This document shows positions 1 to 11,628 of a DNA stretch of 64,000 bases, piece by piece. Position 1 is the stretch's first letter. Every line of letters starts with the position of its first letter. Under the pieces are notes generated by a model, which was given only the letters and a program-made list of their open reading frames with translations, searched no databases and was not told the origin of the DNA. Origin of the DNA: Lophium mytilinum (lineage: Eukaryota); assembly GCA_010093605.1 (NCBI GenBank), contig MU004198.1, positions 1,118,726-1,182,725 of the forward strand, given 5' to 3'. The position numbers were made by a program, and so were the translations under genes.

Positions 1-1625
1 TGGGTCTCGTTGGAGTTGCTGGATGCTTCTTGGGTTGACGAGGAGCCGAAGGTGCCACTCGGTTTGGTAGCTGCGAACGCCGCGGCCATGCCTTTCGCGA
101 ATGCCTGGGGATCTGGGAGGCGAGGAGTAACTCGGTTCCTCGACCACGCTGTCATTCCTGCGCTGCTATCAGGGATGGAGCATGCATGAACCGAACCTGG
201 CTTTAGTGGGTCAAATCCCGGAGGGTACGCATAACGTCCTGGTGGATTCCCCTGCAGGATAGGCCGCAGTAAATGATCATACATCGCATATCCCCTTCCG
301 CAGCGCTTCCGGAAGCAGCCCGAGAACGTATCCCAATCCAGGACCCATATTGGCGAGACATCTCCCGGACCGAAGAAGAACAACGCTCCTTGCGACATAT
401 CGGTGTAGACGTTGCTGCGCTGGGTCTTGTATAGATTGTACTTGAAATGTTGAGTGAATGAAACAGGGAGCTGATACGGATCCTGTGCGGGGCCCCAGGG
501 GTTTTGTCCGAGGTCCATGAATACGCCATGATGGATATAAACGTGCCAAAACTCCTGGGTATTGACATTGATCAAGGACCCAGTGTTTAGATGCCAGCGG
601 TGTACCGACATCTGCGCAAAGCCATTGGTGTCCTTTTCAGCACGAATATAGAAGCCTCCACGATTCGTCCAGAGGCCTCGTGCTCCTGCGACAGGGGTCA
701 AGATGTCGGACTCTTGTCGAACCGGCCTGAATTCGAAGGGAAACTCGTATCTGTGCTGTTCGAGGAATCCAGGGGGCTCTCCATCGATAGCTTCTAGATC
801 TAGTCCATAGAATCTCGGATCTTCTTGATTGCGGTTCCGGAAGCACCCGGCAGCTCTATCCCAGTCGAGTAACGTAGAAGGCCGGTCGAGCTCACGGCCG
901 GAGAGGCATACAGATTCCTTCCCGTTGGTTGTGACTCCAGGGAATTGGGTGTATAGGAGATCGTCTTCTTCCTCGTCAGTCATCCGCGGTGGCAGCCGGG
1001 AAGGATCAGACTGGGGCCCAAAGTGAAACCCGTTTGGATCGAGTGTATAGTTCAGGTACCGGGAGTAGTACTCCTCCGTCTTGATGTTGTATAGACAACC
1101 CTTGGCAGTATCCCACCGTAACGCCAATTTGATGAAGTCGCCGGCCGATGCTTTGAGGTAGCAGTAAGAGCCGCAGCAGTCCGTATAGAGGCCAACGGTG
1201 CCACTGACTGGCTGGAGGTTGCCTACAAACTGTGCGAGCCTATGCTCTTCCTTAGTGAATGCCAAGTTGAGCTCCCATAGGAATGGATCAGGGTGGTATG
1301 CGGTGCTCTTCTCGGCTTCGTTGAAATCTGGGAACGTTTCTTTCCCTTCAATCGTGTGGAATACCGCCTTTGCCTCGCCATTGCCGGTTGTCGCACGGGA
1401 TACAAGCAATCCCAGTGTTGTGTCCCAATGATATTTGACCCCGAATCCCTGGCTTGACAGGCCGTAGATGCCATCGCCAGTTGTGTACACCCCCGGCTGG
1501 GGTGTTTTCAAAAGGCCATATCGCTTCGCCAACGCGTCATGCTCCTCGTCTAGTAGATCTTGCCGATGGACTATCTCAATTGGACCCGTGGGGATCGCTT
1601 TCGAAATCGGTGGTGCTGCAGACAT
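1..1625 (-). CDS. Hypothetical tandem-repeat protein (>=541 aa, 3' end outside the window); not in the ORF track
   Basis: Manual translation of the minus strand from GCCAAC-ATG (1625) gives an open frame to base 1 (MSAAPPISKAIPTG...SSTQEASSNSNET). It contains five repeats with a W-D-x3-G-C/L-type core. A likely 5'UTR intron lies at ~1715-1638 (GTAAGC...GCTGAC...TAG). Confidence 0.8.
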   Translation of the reverse strand, partial: MSAAPPISKAIPTGPIEIVHRQDLLDEEHDALAKRYGLLKTPQPGVYTTGDGIYGLSSQGFGVKYHWDTTLGLLVSRATTGNGEAKAVFHTIEGKETFPDFNEAEKSTAYHPDPFLWELNLAFTKEEHRLAQFVGNLQPVSGTVGLYTDCCGSYCYLKASAGDFIKLALRWDTAKGCLYNIKTEEYYSRYLNYTLDPNGFHFGPQSDPSRLPPRMTDEEEDDLLYTQFPGVTTNGKESVCLSGRELDRPSTLLDWDRAAGCFRNRNQEDPRFYGLDLEAIDGEPPGFLEQHRYEFPFEFRPVRQESDILTPVAGARGLWTNRGGFYIRAEKDTNGFAQMSVHRWHLNTGSLINVNTQEFWHVYIHHGVFMDLGQNPWGPAQDPYQLPVSFTQHFKYNLYKTQRSNVYTDMSQGALFFFGPGDVSPIWVLDWDTFSGCFRKRCGRGYAMYDHLLRPILQGNPPGRYAYPPGFDPLKPGSVHACSIPDSSAGMTAWSRNRVTPRLPDPQAFAKGMAAAFAATKPSGTFGSSSTQEASSNSNET

Positions 1626-2961
1626 GTTGGCAGACTGCTAATGAACCAGTCAGCTTTATTTCTCAAACTACGCGCAATGACAAAGGTCTCTCCAACAGGA
1701 AGAATAATAGCTTACCAACACCGAATTCAAGTTAGGAAGGGTTGAGTTGTAGAGGAAAGGCAGGCTTGCTGTGGTGGAGAGTCGATTCAAGGTGTGGTGG
1801 TATGTGTTGGTGTGGGGGTTCGACGAGCAAGTTGGTGGAAAGTTTGAGTTGTTGTGATCGAGCTTAAATGGGCGACTGGAACAGTTTCACTGGTCTGTGC
1901 GTCAGTTGGTGCCTGTCTTCTTCCACTCGCCGCAAATGTTCAGACTGCGCTAGTGTAAAGATGGTGAATGTAGGGGATGACGATATCATGTCCACAATCC
2001 CCGTCTTCTCTACCAACAAGAGGCTGCAGAACATGAGGCAATGCGTATGATAGATCGTGCTTTTGATTGTCTACACGAGTCAGATCTCCACGATCTGTAT
2101 ATGTTTCTCAGACGCAGTAAATAATGACTAACAGTCAAAAGAATCCCGCTGCTTGCAGGTCGTGACGGTCCGAACATCTGAGGGTATTGACAGTCCGTGT
2201 GCATAACATCTTCACGACGTCTCCTAGAATTTAGAGGCTTGTACAGTACGTTAAGTTAAGTAATAAGTTGCAATTCTGGAGGGCGCGCGCAAGATTTTAC
2301 AGCTGTTGGATTATGACAATCACCTTCAACAAGCAACCAAGGTACCAAACTTGTGTGTATTTGTGTATATTAGCTCGTCTTTGTCTAATATCAGACGCGA
2401 TGTCTACAATCATCCATAGTGCAAGACCATGTTACTGAGTAAGTATGACATAGTTGTAAACGAACAATGTTACAGCTTTGCCCTTGGGCATTATTCACAA
2501 CTTGGAGACTGGGGGCGACTAAACCACCTGAAAAGAGCATTTAGACATGAAAGCCTGCAGAATGATAAGACGCGTTGAAGTAACCTTTTACATTTCTTCT
2601 CTTGGAACAAGCTGTCTTCGACACCCTTCGCTTTAGTCACTCTGACTGCAAGTTTGCCGTAAAGATGTATAAAATTATCATCTATTGGCGGCATGGCTGT
2701 TCTTAGTCGTACCATTAAGACATGCCAATATATCGCTTTCATATCACACAACACTGACTCCTCACGTCCTAAGGCATGACGTATGTGGTTTTTGAAATTG
2801 ATTATTTAAATGGTTTTAGTGGTTTGAACAAGGCTCCCCTTTGTAGGTTTGAAGTGGATATGAGCTGAAAATAGATGCTCCTACCGCCGTCAATACCTCC
2901 TTCTTGCTGCTCACCCGGTCCATTCCCTCGATCGACCCAACGCTGCTTCTATCAACGCTAA

Positions 2962-5454
2962 TCAGGGAGCTATAGAGAGAACATACAGAACTGATACTGC
3001 AAGTGCCACGCCTGACACGCCCGAACCTAGCTTGTCCCAGAGTGACAATACGCGATGTGCTCCAAACTGACATCGCTGCACGCGTTGCTTGCCCGTGGAA
3101 GAGTCCGAAGCTACTACTGATGTAAATTCTTCCTCGCCACCCTCGTTGCCCTCGAAGAGGGTAGCTTTGCTTGCGTTGTCTTCCACTGGGGTCTGATTGT
3201 CGGATAAAGCATACTTCTCCGGATCTTGAGACCCGCCGTAGGTCAAAGCCGCGATGTCCTGCGCAAGATCGCATGGGTATTCCAGTAGATACTGAACTTT
3301 GGCACCAGTGGTCGTGGTGGCAGTTTCGGGGATGAAAGATCCCTCGATCTCGTACTTAGGTTTGCAGGAAGTTGGTGCTGAGCGTAGAGATTCCTTGACG
3401 ACCAAAGCATAGTCGTCTTGTGGGAGGACAACGGCGATGATATTAGCATTTTTTGGACGAGCCTTTTCGTCTACCAGCGCGCTGGTGCGCTTGCGGTTCT
3501 TTTCCGCCAACTCAGTATGCCGCTTATAAGATGGCACTGCTCGGGTGAGTCGGGCCCACTTCCGAATAGCCCACGCGATCTCTGAAAGCGCGTCGTTGCG
3601 TGCGTCGTGGGCTTTGGTGATCTCCGTCCATACAGCGTGATCTTTTTCGGCCATTATGCTGACCTTTCCCGCGTCCGTGGACTTCGCCCAAAAGATTGGA
3701 TCCTTCTGCTCGTAGTCAAGGTAGATGCCTTTCCAAGCCTCCTGAAGGCGCTCGAGCTTAGCGTTCTCTTTTGCAAGCTTTTTCTTCTGGAGCTGGAACT
3801 CCTCCAAAACCTTGCGGTTGGCCTCCTTATTTGCGTACTCGTAGTACGCGCGGAGAGTTTCCAGAGAGAGGACGCGGAGGTTCTCTTTAGAATTGGTGTG
3901 CAGCATATAGGACGTTTCGCCAGACTTGATACATTCGTCGCACCCTTGCTTGACCGCGAAAGCATTCATCTCTGCATTCGTGTACCGCATGCTATTCATA
4001 GTCTGCCCCGCCAAGTCATACCGGTCCGTGTTCCAGTCTTTGTGGAGCTCCATGACAAACTTGGGCCATGTCGATCCTTCTGGGTTGATGAGGGTTTCGA
4101 AAGATGACTTGTTCGCATATTCTTTGAACAATGACGGAATCTGGAAGGGCTGTCCTGGCTTCTTCTGGGGCGAACTTGGCTTTGATTCTCCGTCGATTGG
4201 CTTCTCGAATGCCCCAAGCCCAAATGTTGAAGATTTTAGAGGCGCGAAGCTGCTCCCGAAGGTGTTTGATGAGCCCGAAGTGGTCGATGGAGCTTGTCCA
4301 AAGGGAAATGACTGGGGTGGAACTCCAGAAGTCGGTGAACCATCCCCAAAGTTGTGAGGTTGAGCTCCGGCTTCTGTTTCTACCTTTGTATCAAGGAAAT
4401 TTGAAGGCGCAAAGCCATTCTTCGGGGCTGTCCTATCAGCCCTCCCTTTTCGGCCTCGAACAGTCTTGCGAGGCCCAGATTTGAAAGAGGGCTCGCTGAG
4501 GAGAGTGTCTACTCGTGGTGTCGTAGATAGAGGTGCCACATTGAAGCTGCCCGGAATATTGGCAGTTTCAGGAGCCCCTAGGGCTGCGGCCTTGGCCGTG
4601 GCGGTTTTTAGAGTCCCGAAAGCGACATTTCCTGTCGTCGAGGCTTCGTACTTCTCGTGAGACAAGGACTGCTCTAATCCCTTCGATGCTGAGACTCCCT
4701 GGGCGTCTTCTTGCGTCTTTTGGAAGCCGTCTGGATTGATATCTTCTTTTCTGACCCCCATTTCTCGATGGGACATGTTATATTTGGCATGGGTGGCATT
4801 CTCCAGAATGGTATCCCCCGAAGCTGCGGACTGGGGATTTGGAGAGACTTTGACGCTTGACATTGAGGTTTGATTGTTTCGATCTGATGAGTCTTCGTTT
4901 GAGTGACTGCTACCGGAAGGATAGAACTCTCCAGAAGTGTCCTCTGGGAGGTCATCAGAGGAAGAGATGGTATGCGTGTGGATAACGGGTTCAATGTGAA
5001 GATCCTTGGCCTGCATCTTAATGTCGATCTTGGCGTCTTCATTCAAATCGACGGCGTCCTTGAACTGGTCAACGACATCCCGTGAGACAGAATGCGCAGT
5101 CCGATTCTCATTGGCCTTTGATAGGTCGACGATATTGACTGGCACTTCTTCGACTTTGTTCTTCAGTTTGGCAAAGGCCAAGGCAAACCTCCGACTAATG
5201 GTCATCTCGGGTGTATAGTTGATTGCAGCTCGAGTAGCTTCAGGAGCCTGGGGCATGCCAGTGGCGATCATCCGCGTGACGACAGGTATTGTTGGTAGTG
5301 CTCTGAGGAAAGAAGAATGGGAACGAAACCGCAGGAAAACAGCAGGGCTCGTACGGGTGGTGGATTGGTTCACAGACATTTTGCTTGTGGTGGAGATGCC
5401 GAACTTGGTAAGAAATGTAGGTTGGTGGGTGGTGGGGGGAACCAAGGTGGGCAT
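2962..5454 (-). CDS. Hypothetical 830 aa intronless protein: low-complexity N-half, coiled-coil segment, C-terminal hydrophobic helix
   Basis: Long ATG-initiated ORF with scattered FG motifs, a K/E-rich segment (KVLEEFQLQKKKLAKENAKLERLQE) and C-terminal GVSGVALAVSVLYVLSIAP. No family recognised. Confidence 0.7.
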   Translation of the reverse strand: MPTLVPPTTHQPTFLTKFGISTTSKMSVNQSTTRTSPAVFLRFRSHSSFLRALPTIPVVTRMIATGMPQAPEATRAAINYTPEMTISRRFALAFAKLKNKVEEVPVNIVDLSKANENRTAHSVSRDVVDQFKDAVDLNEDAKIDIKMQAKDLHIEPVIHTHTISSSDDLPEDTSGEFYPSGSSHSNEDSSDRNNQTSMSSVKVSPNPQSAASGDTILENATHAKYNMSHREMGVRKEDINPDGFQKTQEDAQGVSASKGLEQSLSHEKYEASTTGNVAFGTLKTATAKAAALGAPETANIPGSFNVAPLSTTPRVDTLLSEPSFKSGPRKTVRGRKGRADRTAPKNGFAPSNFLDTKVETEAGAQPHNFGDGSPTSGVPPQSFPFGQAPSTTSGSSNTFGSSFAPLKSSTFGLGAFEKPIDGESKPSSPQKKPGQPFQIPSLFKEYANKSSFETLINPEGSTWPKFVMELHKDWNTDRYDLAGQTMNSMRYTNAEMNAFAVKQGCDECIKSGETSYMLHTNSKENLRVLSLETLRAYYEYANKEANRKVLEEFQLQKKKLAKENAKLERLQEAWKGIYLDYEQKDPIFWAKSTDAGKVSIMAEKDHAVWTEITKAHDARNDALSEIAWAIRKWARLTRAVPSYKRHTELAEKNRKRTSALVDEKARPKNANIIAVVLPQDDYALVVKESLRSAPTSCKPKYEIEGSFIPETATTTTGAKVQYLLEYPCDLAQDIAALTYGGSQDPEKYALSDNQTPVEDNASKATLFEGNEGGEEEFTSVVASDSSTGKQRVQRCQFGAHRVLSLWDKLGSGVSGVALAVSVLYVLSIAP

Positions 5455-6018
5455 GATGGAAAGAAGATCAAAGTGCGGAGGCAGATGAGTTTAAGTACCC
5501 AGGGGAAGATGAGTTCATTCACCGGCCAGTGAGAATGGCACTGAATGCGCCCCTGCGGAAGCCTAGCGGCGACATGGCGTGAAAAGTGGTGAATGTTCGC
5601 CATGGTGAATAGATGTCGTCAACTCGCAAGGTTGAGGGACGCGAACGTAGCTTGGGCAAGATTGGAACCCATAAGGATATATAGCTTGAAGACTGCAATA
5701 TAGGAAGGCTGTATATCTCTTGATCCCCACATATTCTACCACACAGCACCACCTCTCAGTCCAACACCAGAAAGGAGGAGGTGCCAGACCGACAAGTTAT
5801 TGACCGACACACAATTTGTGGGGTTACGACTGAGACTATAGATCTTCAAGAAGCTTGTAGACTTTGCTTCTCGCACATCTCATCCCTTCCATCGGAAGCC
5901 ACAAACTCGTCGTTCAAACACTCGAAGATACCTTGTCATTAGGACGCCTTCGCGCTTCTAGCACTTGCTACCTCATAAAGGACTTCCCCCCCACATTCTA
6001 GCAAACACATATGCGAGC

Positions 6019-7811
6019 ATGCCGGTGTCAGCATCCTCAAGTCTCCCTGTAGTCCATTCTGCTGTCCACACCCTGGATGAAGTGGAGGACCTCATGCCAC
6101 CACGAAAGCGTCGTCGAACCGACGAGCCCGATACATTGATTGTCAAACTCCCTCATTCACTAGGCTCTACCCCGGAGCCACTGGAATATCTGATCGGAAG
6201 TCTTCCCAAAGATCGTGGTCTGGAGTCCCTTGACGATATCGTCGGCGGTCTCCCAAAAGATCCGTTCTCACAGAAGATCGCAGCTACTCTTAGGGATGGC
6301 GGATTTCTGTCTTACATGGAGTTTCAAAAGTCTTCTGAACGACAGGCGGTCTTTGGTGCAAAGTTCCTAGATCAGCCGCATCTCACCCGGTATTGCCCAT
6401 GGACGAAAGATATGCCTAGGGATAACGTCTCGGCACACGCGCAGGACATCGTTCTAGCAGATGTCATCGCCACAGCCAATAAGGTATGTACCTAGCTAGG
6501 ATATCCTCTTTTCCCCTCCTATACCCCTTCACATCCTGACCGTGTTTAAGCTGAAAGGAAACTTCCAGAATCTTCATCTCAACCGACATGTCGTAGGTGC
6601 GGATGCAACCACTCTTCTTACTGCTGAGGTACTCCGTAGCATGCGCAAACCTTTGAGGCAAGCACCGGCTGTGCTGATGAATATACCTTCTCCTCGTCTC
6701 CATACTTTGTACGCTACGCCTTCGATATTCGCTGCTGAGAAGGGAGTTCTAAGACGAACTGAGGTCACGGTGAATATTGGGCCTTACCTGAGCTTCGTAG
6801 ACCTACATCATGGTATGACGCTCTTAATTAACCCTCTCAATTGGGGCTAGACAAATTCCTTCTTCGGCGATGCTAATGAGAACATTAGACGATGCGCACG
6901 GCACTCAAACCCTTACTTCAGGCCGCAAACTGTGGCTCTTCTTTCCTCCAACCGAGACCAACCTTTCCGCGCTACGCAAAGCCTATCAAACATCCTTCTA
7001 CGGTGCGGAGGGCGCTTCTCGGGATACTAAGGCGCAGCGCTTCCTGGCCAGGATATCTGGAAAGTATCCCACTGACGACACCCCCGGAAGGGCTAATAAA
7101 GATTCACCGACGCTGAGTAACGGCATTGCTATCATTCAGACCGCAAACACGAACATGTGGATCCCACCATTCTGCCCTCACGCCGTTTTTACGCTCCAGT
7201 CTTCCGTCCTCGTTGGGCGCGAATTCTACCTTCCGCGCACGCTACCGCTGAGAATCGAGCAGGTGGAGCTATTCGGCGCATACGGGAAGTGTGTTTCCGA
7301 GACGGGACCAGCTCAGTTCGACTGGGTGGTGGAGCTAGTTGAGCACATCGCGGCCGTACTTCGACTTCCGATGAAGAAGAAGAAAAAGAGATTGCCCTTG
7401 ACCACAAAGAAAGTGATGAAGCGAAAGCGAAATGATAATCAAACAGGCACCCACGAAAGTGCAAACTCAAGCGTCTCGGTTCCCAGCTCCTTCTCTGAAT
7501 CAGGAAGTGTTCAGAGCATGCACTGGGAGCTGGAAGCCACCTTCCTGGCGTGGTCCTCCCAGTATGAAAGTATTGGAACGCTAATCCAGAATATCTCTAG
7601 CATGCCGGGCGTGGAAAAAGAGCATAGGCAGAAGATGAGCAAAGCCGTTACTACGGTATGGCGAGAATTTTTACGGTGTCCCGAAGTTCAAGCCTGGAAG
7701 ACGTGTCCAGCATGTGGAATAGATTTTGGAAAGCGGAGTGGGCGTGAACATCTGTGGAAGGAGCATTTGGTGCCCTGTCATTCACAAGAAGGGTGGAAGA
7801 CCTGGAGGTAG
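6019..7811 (+). CDS. JmjC-domain (Fe/2-oxoglutarate dioxygenase) protein, 3 exons (6019-6483, 6551-6812, 6889-7811)
   Basis: Introns 6484-6550 (GTATGT..CTGAC..AAG) and 6813-6888 (GTATGA..CTAAT..TAG) join three ORFs in frame. The product reads FVDLHHD (HxD), GRKLWLFFPPT and WIPPFCPHAVFT (distal His), the JmjC motif order. Basic NLS-like runs are present (PRKRRR, KKKKKR). Confidence 0.8.
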
Positions 7812-8551
7812 TTGGGGAGAGTGCGGTGGAGAATCCAACGCGGTAGAAATAAGACTACTGTTTGACAGACTGAAAACTTGTTACTGGGGTACTCCTGACG
7901 GTGGTGTCAATCGGTCCACAATGAAGCCCGAGTAGTGTGACATTCATGTGCTCAAAGCTTGTAAGCCGGCAGACTTCTTTTGACTGACAAGCTGGGTTGA
8001 GCAGGTAGTTGGCTAAGGTCCGATAACAAGAAGTTTCGGGAGATTATGGTAGGAATGGCAGTTCTAGAATGAATGTCATATTTGAAACAGTGGAGATTAG
8101 AGTGCCTTTTGACGGGCCAGCTTATCACTAGCTGGGCTACCTCTTACAGTGCTATCCAGCGTGCAAAAGCCTAGAATATAATACACAGAGTCTGTACAGC
8201 AAGAATCAAGCATCCTCTTGACGATGCTAGTATCTTCTAGTTGAGGTTATCCTGACAGTGGCGTCGAGTTAGCAACAGTAGATCCCGAGTAGTCAGATAT
8301 CCGTGTACCCGAATATATGGCCAAGTTCTGGCTCAGAATTTGGGCTCTGAGAAATCGTATGCTACATTAGCAGCATTATCCAGTCAAACGAGGTCAGAAT
8401 TTTCCAGTTCATTCAGGTAGTTGTCAGTATACACGAGCCTCTGTTTCTATGGAAAAGGTCGTCTGAACTGAACCGCCCGTCTTCTAACCCCTTCACAGTT
8501 CCCCCAGCTCGAGATCGATGCTAGAAAAGGACCAGTGGCCGAAGCCCAAAA

Positions 8552-9316
8552 CTACTCCTCCTGACCGCGGACTTTCCACGCATCGGCCGACGTGTTCCAC
8601 GCCTGCATAGTTTGCCGCCATCGCATCTCCGCCGCATGGTTCATAGCCTCGATTTCCCGTGCCTTCTTCGCATTGTTCCTACAATTAACGACCCTGTCCG
8701 GCCACTTGTTGTGGTCGCCGAGTGAGAGCAACATGGTGTTGAGTCGGTCGGCGCAGTTGTCGAAAGCATGAGCAGCCTCTCTCAGCGCGCATTGAGCTTG
8801 CTCCAGTTCGAAGATCGTGTTTGACGCGAAGATGACCGCGCCACAAAAAGCCCCCACAACCCTCTCGCGAGCAGCATTGTACTCCGCATCGGTGCACCTG
8901 AAGAACGCGGCGCTTGGTGTAAGTTGCTCGGAGAGCGATGCCGTGCCCTCCTCTTCCGTCGCAGCCTTAGCAGACTTCCTGGCCTCGCCCTCCCATTTGT
9001 AGCAGCTTTGCATGCCTTTGATGCCGGTATCCCAGAATGCAGTCGCTTCGGAACAGAGAGTGTTCACGGTGTCTATGGAGATGAAGGGCGCAGAGGGTGG
9101 GTTGCCATGGTCGAGCGCTGTCCGCTTTTCGGGGTCGATGAGGATCTTGTAGGCGTCCAGGACGAGTTTGAAATTCTCGCAGCTCATTGCAACTTGGTCT
9201 ATATTGCGAGCGTTGTCTGGATGATACTTAAGTGCGAGGCGGCGGTAGGCGAAGCGGATGGTTTTCTCATCTACGTCTTGCGGAACGCCGAGAACGGAGT
9301 AGGGATTGGGCAGCAT
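8552..9316 (-). CDS. DnaJ (J-domain) protein, 254 aa, intronless
   Basis: N-terminal NPYSVLGV...IRFAYRRLALKYHPD...AYKILIDPEKR is a canonical J-domain with the HPD motif; the C-terminus is Ala-rich and probably helical. Confidence 0.9.
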   Translation of the reverse strand: MLPNPYSVLGVPQDVDEKTIRFAYRRLALKYHPDNARNIDQVAMSCENFKLVLDAYKILIDPEKRTALDHGNPPSAPFISIDTVNTLCSEATAFWDTGIKGMQSCYKWEGEARKSAKAATEEEGTASLSEQLTPSAAFFRCTDAEYNAARERVVGAFCGAVIFASNTIFELEQAQCALREAAHAFDNCADRLNTMLLSLGDHNKWPDRVVNCRNNAKKAREIEAMNHAAEMRWRQTMQAWNTSADAWKVRGQEE

Positions 9317-11628
9317 GGTGGTGGTGTTGATTTGTTGAGGTGACTTGGCCAGCTGGTGGAAGACGGGGTAATGGAAGACGGGTTGCTGGAAGACTGGTGA
9401 TTGAGGGTGGGTTTGTAGTGGTGGTTGATAGTGACGGGCTGGAGGGAAGGTCTTCGAGCAGTAGGAAGAGCTTTATGTAGTCACCTAATAGTCAGTCTGG
9501 GGAATGACAACGATCTGGTAGTGAAGTGAAAGTGCGGCAGTGGCGCCTCTCAGTGCTGCAAAAATCGCGTGAATGTAGGTAAAGGTGACTCTTAATAGCT
9601 ACCTTCACTAACTTGTGCTACTCACCATCAATATTTTCCCAGATTCTGGACCACCGAACCATAACTCTGTGCACACTCGTTCGCCACTGCTAGAGGTGCC
9701 CCCATAAGCTTAATCTGAAAGTGATTGTCACGGAAGAAGGAGCTGTAGACCGTGTACGTGATGTGTTGGATGAATGATGATGTAGGATAGAAGAGGTCTG
9801 GAGGAAGGCGAGGCTATATACAAGAGGTAACACGTGCCTGCCGTAGCCCTCACCGCTACTCCCTGACAGTGATGCTATATTTCAAACAACGCAATCTGAG
9901 CTGCCTTTTGATCAGCTAGTATTCCAGCAGTCGAGCTGCTCCTTACAGTGGCGTCGAGCTTCCAGACGTGATGATGAAGAATTTCACCACTCCCCCTCTT
10001 CGGCGTCTTCCTTCTGTTGGACTTTCACCGCCAACCAGCGCATCCATCGGATCTTCTTTCAAATTTTTAATTCAGGAACTTACCCCACGCCATTGGTCGC
10101 TGTCTTGATCACTTTTGCAAGACTATCATCTCTTCGCCGCCCCTGTTTTGCTGCCTCCCAGCTAAGACCTCAGTGACACCATTCCTCCTTTGCCCCGATG
10201 GAGCGACCCCAAACTCCCAATTCCAGCGCCAGCCCATGGCAGGACTGTTCCGTAGAAGTTTACTCCCTCCCACACCCCATCGCATCTTACTCTCCATCTG
10301 GGTTTGATCCCCCCTCCCCTTTCTCCACATTGCAATGAAGAAACCCGACCCCGACCTGTCCGACAACTTGGTGAAAGAAGAAGACGCCTTTATACCCGCC
10401 CGCAGACGAGAATATCAGTGGTACGTGGTAGTCACGGGGCTTCGGGAGATATACTATCTCGGATCTGAGCATGTGCCAAACGGCTCGACCGCGACGCCTG
10501 TCACGTGCTCTGCCGACTCCTCGCTTCCTCGAGGGTATAAAACCTTTCTCTCCCTTCGAACTTCGTAGGTTGCGGTAGAGAGGAGGAGAGCAATGGCGGG
10601 GGATATCAAAAACACTCACTATGGAAAGTCATAGTTGTGCGGGTGTTGGAAAGAGTAACAACGCGATCTTTCACGTCCTATGTGGCCGGTTGGACTTGGA
10701 GTGTCGGCCAAGGTGCAAAACTCGCAGAGAAGACCGCCATATGGCGTGCCTGGTCAAATGGTCATACCGAACATCGCATGAGAAGCGGAGGCGTGCGCTC
10801 GCAAAGCGATGATGATGTCGAGTGCCCCTATTTCAGCTCGGTGATCAGCATCATACCACCCACCTGGGTGAGACTGCCACGACCTAGTTATACCATGAAC
10901 CCCTAATTACCTCTTCTTCCTTCCAGCCCAACGGTTCTATTCCGAGTTCAAGGCTACCAGCATCATCCGAACCCACGCCTCTCCATCATCACGGACTAAA
11001 GCTAATCAGCATCAGCTCTCCATCGAAGTACCCCAACTCCACAATCCCCCCGACACCATACCAGCTGTGTGATGCCATTTGACAGCCACGACCTCTCCCG
11101 CTCCCCAGTCATCGTGTAAAGATGCTGTGCGTTTTGCAACCAGACTCCCACACCCCCCATCAAGTCGTTGGGTGTTGAGACAATCTCCATAGAGCATTAA
11201 ACTCTCGCGGGTTGATCCTCCTCGCAAACCTCTGCCGACTATAATTGCTTGCCTAACAAACTCCCCTTATATACCCCCATCGAAAAGGAGAAGAGGGTTT
11301 ACATAAAAGCGCACGTGCCGTTCACGTGAACTACACGCATGCCTCAGCGCCACCAACCTCACGAGAAACTCGAAACCCGCATGCACAATATTGTTACATC
11401 AAAGACCGTGTTAAAGACTACATACAAGAAGCAAACCCACGCATTAAACATCAACCCCATTTTCCTCGTGTATCCGTGATCAGCTGACCCCAAGCCATCG
11501 AACGCCTTGCAAACCAATCTCAACCATCCCTCCCCGTAAACATAAGGGATGGGTATAATGAGTGACAAAACTTCAACACGCTGCGAAACAAACATCCACC
11601 TCACCTCATCCTATCATACCGCTCTCAA

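Noticed and set aside
203..1474. Short ORF-track ORFs (203-568, 277-549, 637-846, 1223-1474 and others)
   Set aside because: Alternative frames of the long minus-strand ORF 1625 to <1.
10335..10990. Possible decayed gene (ORFs 10335-10568 and 10637-10906)
   Set aside because: No recognisable motif or convincing splice model; cannot be supported.
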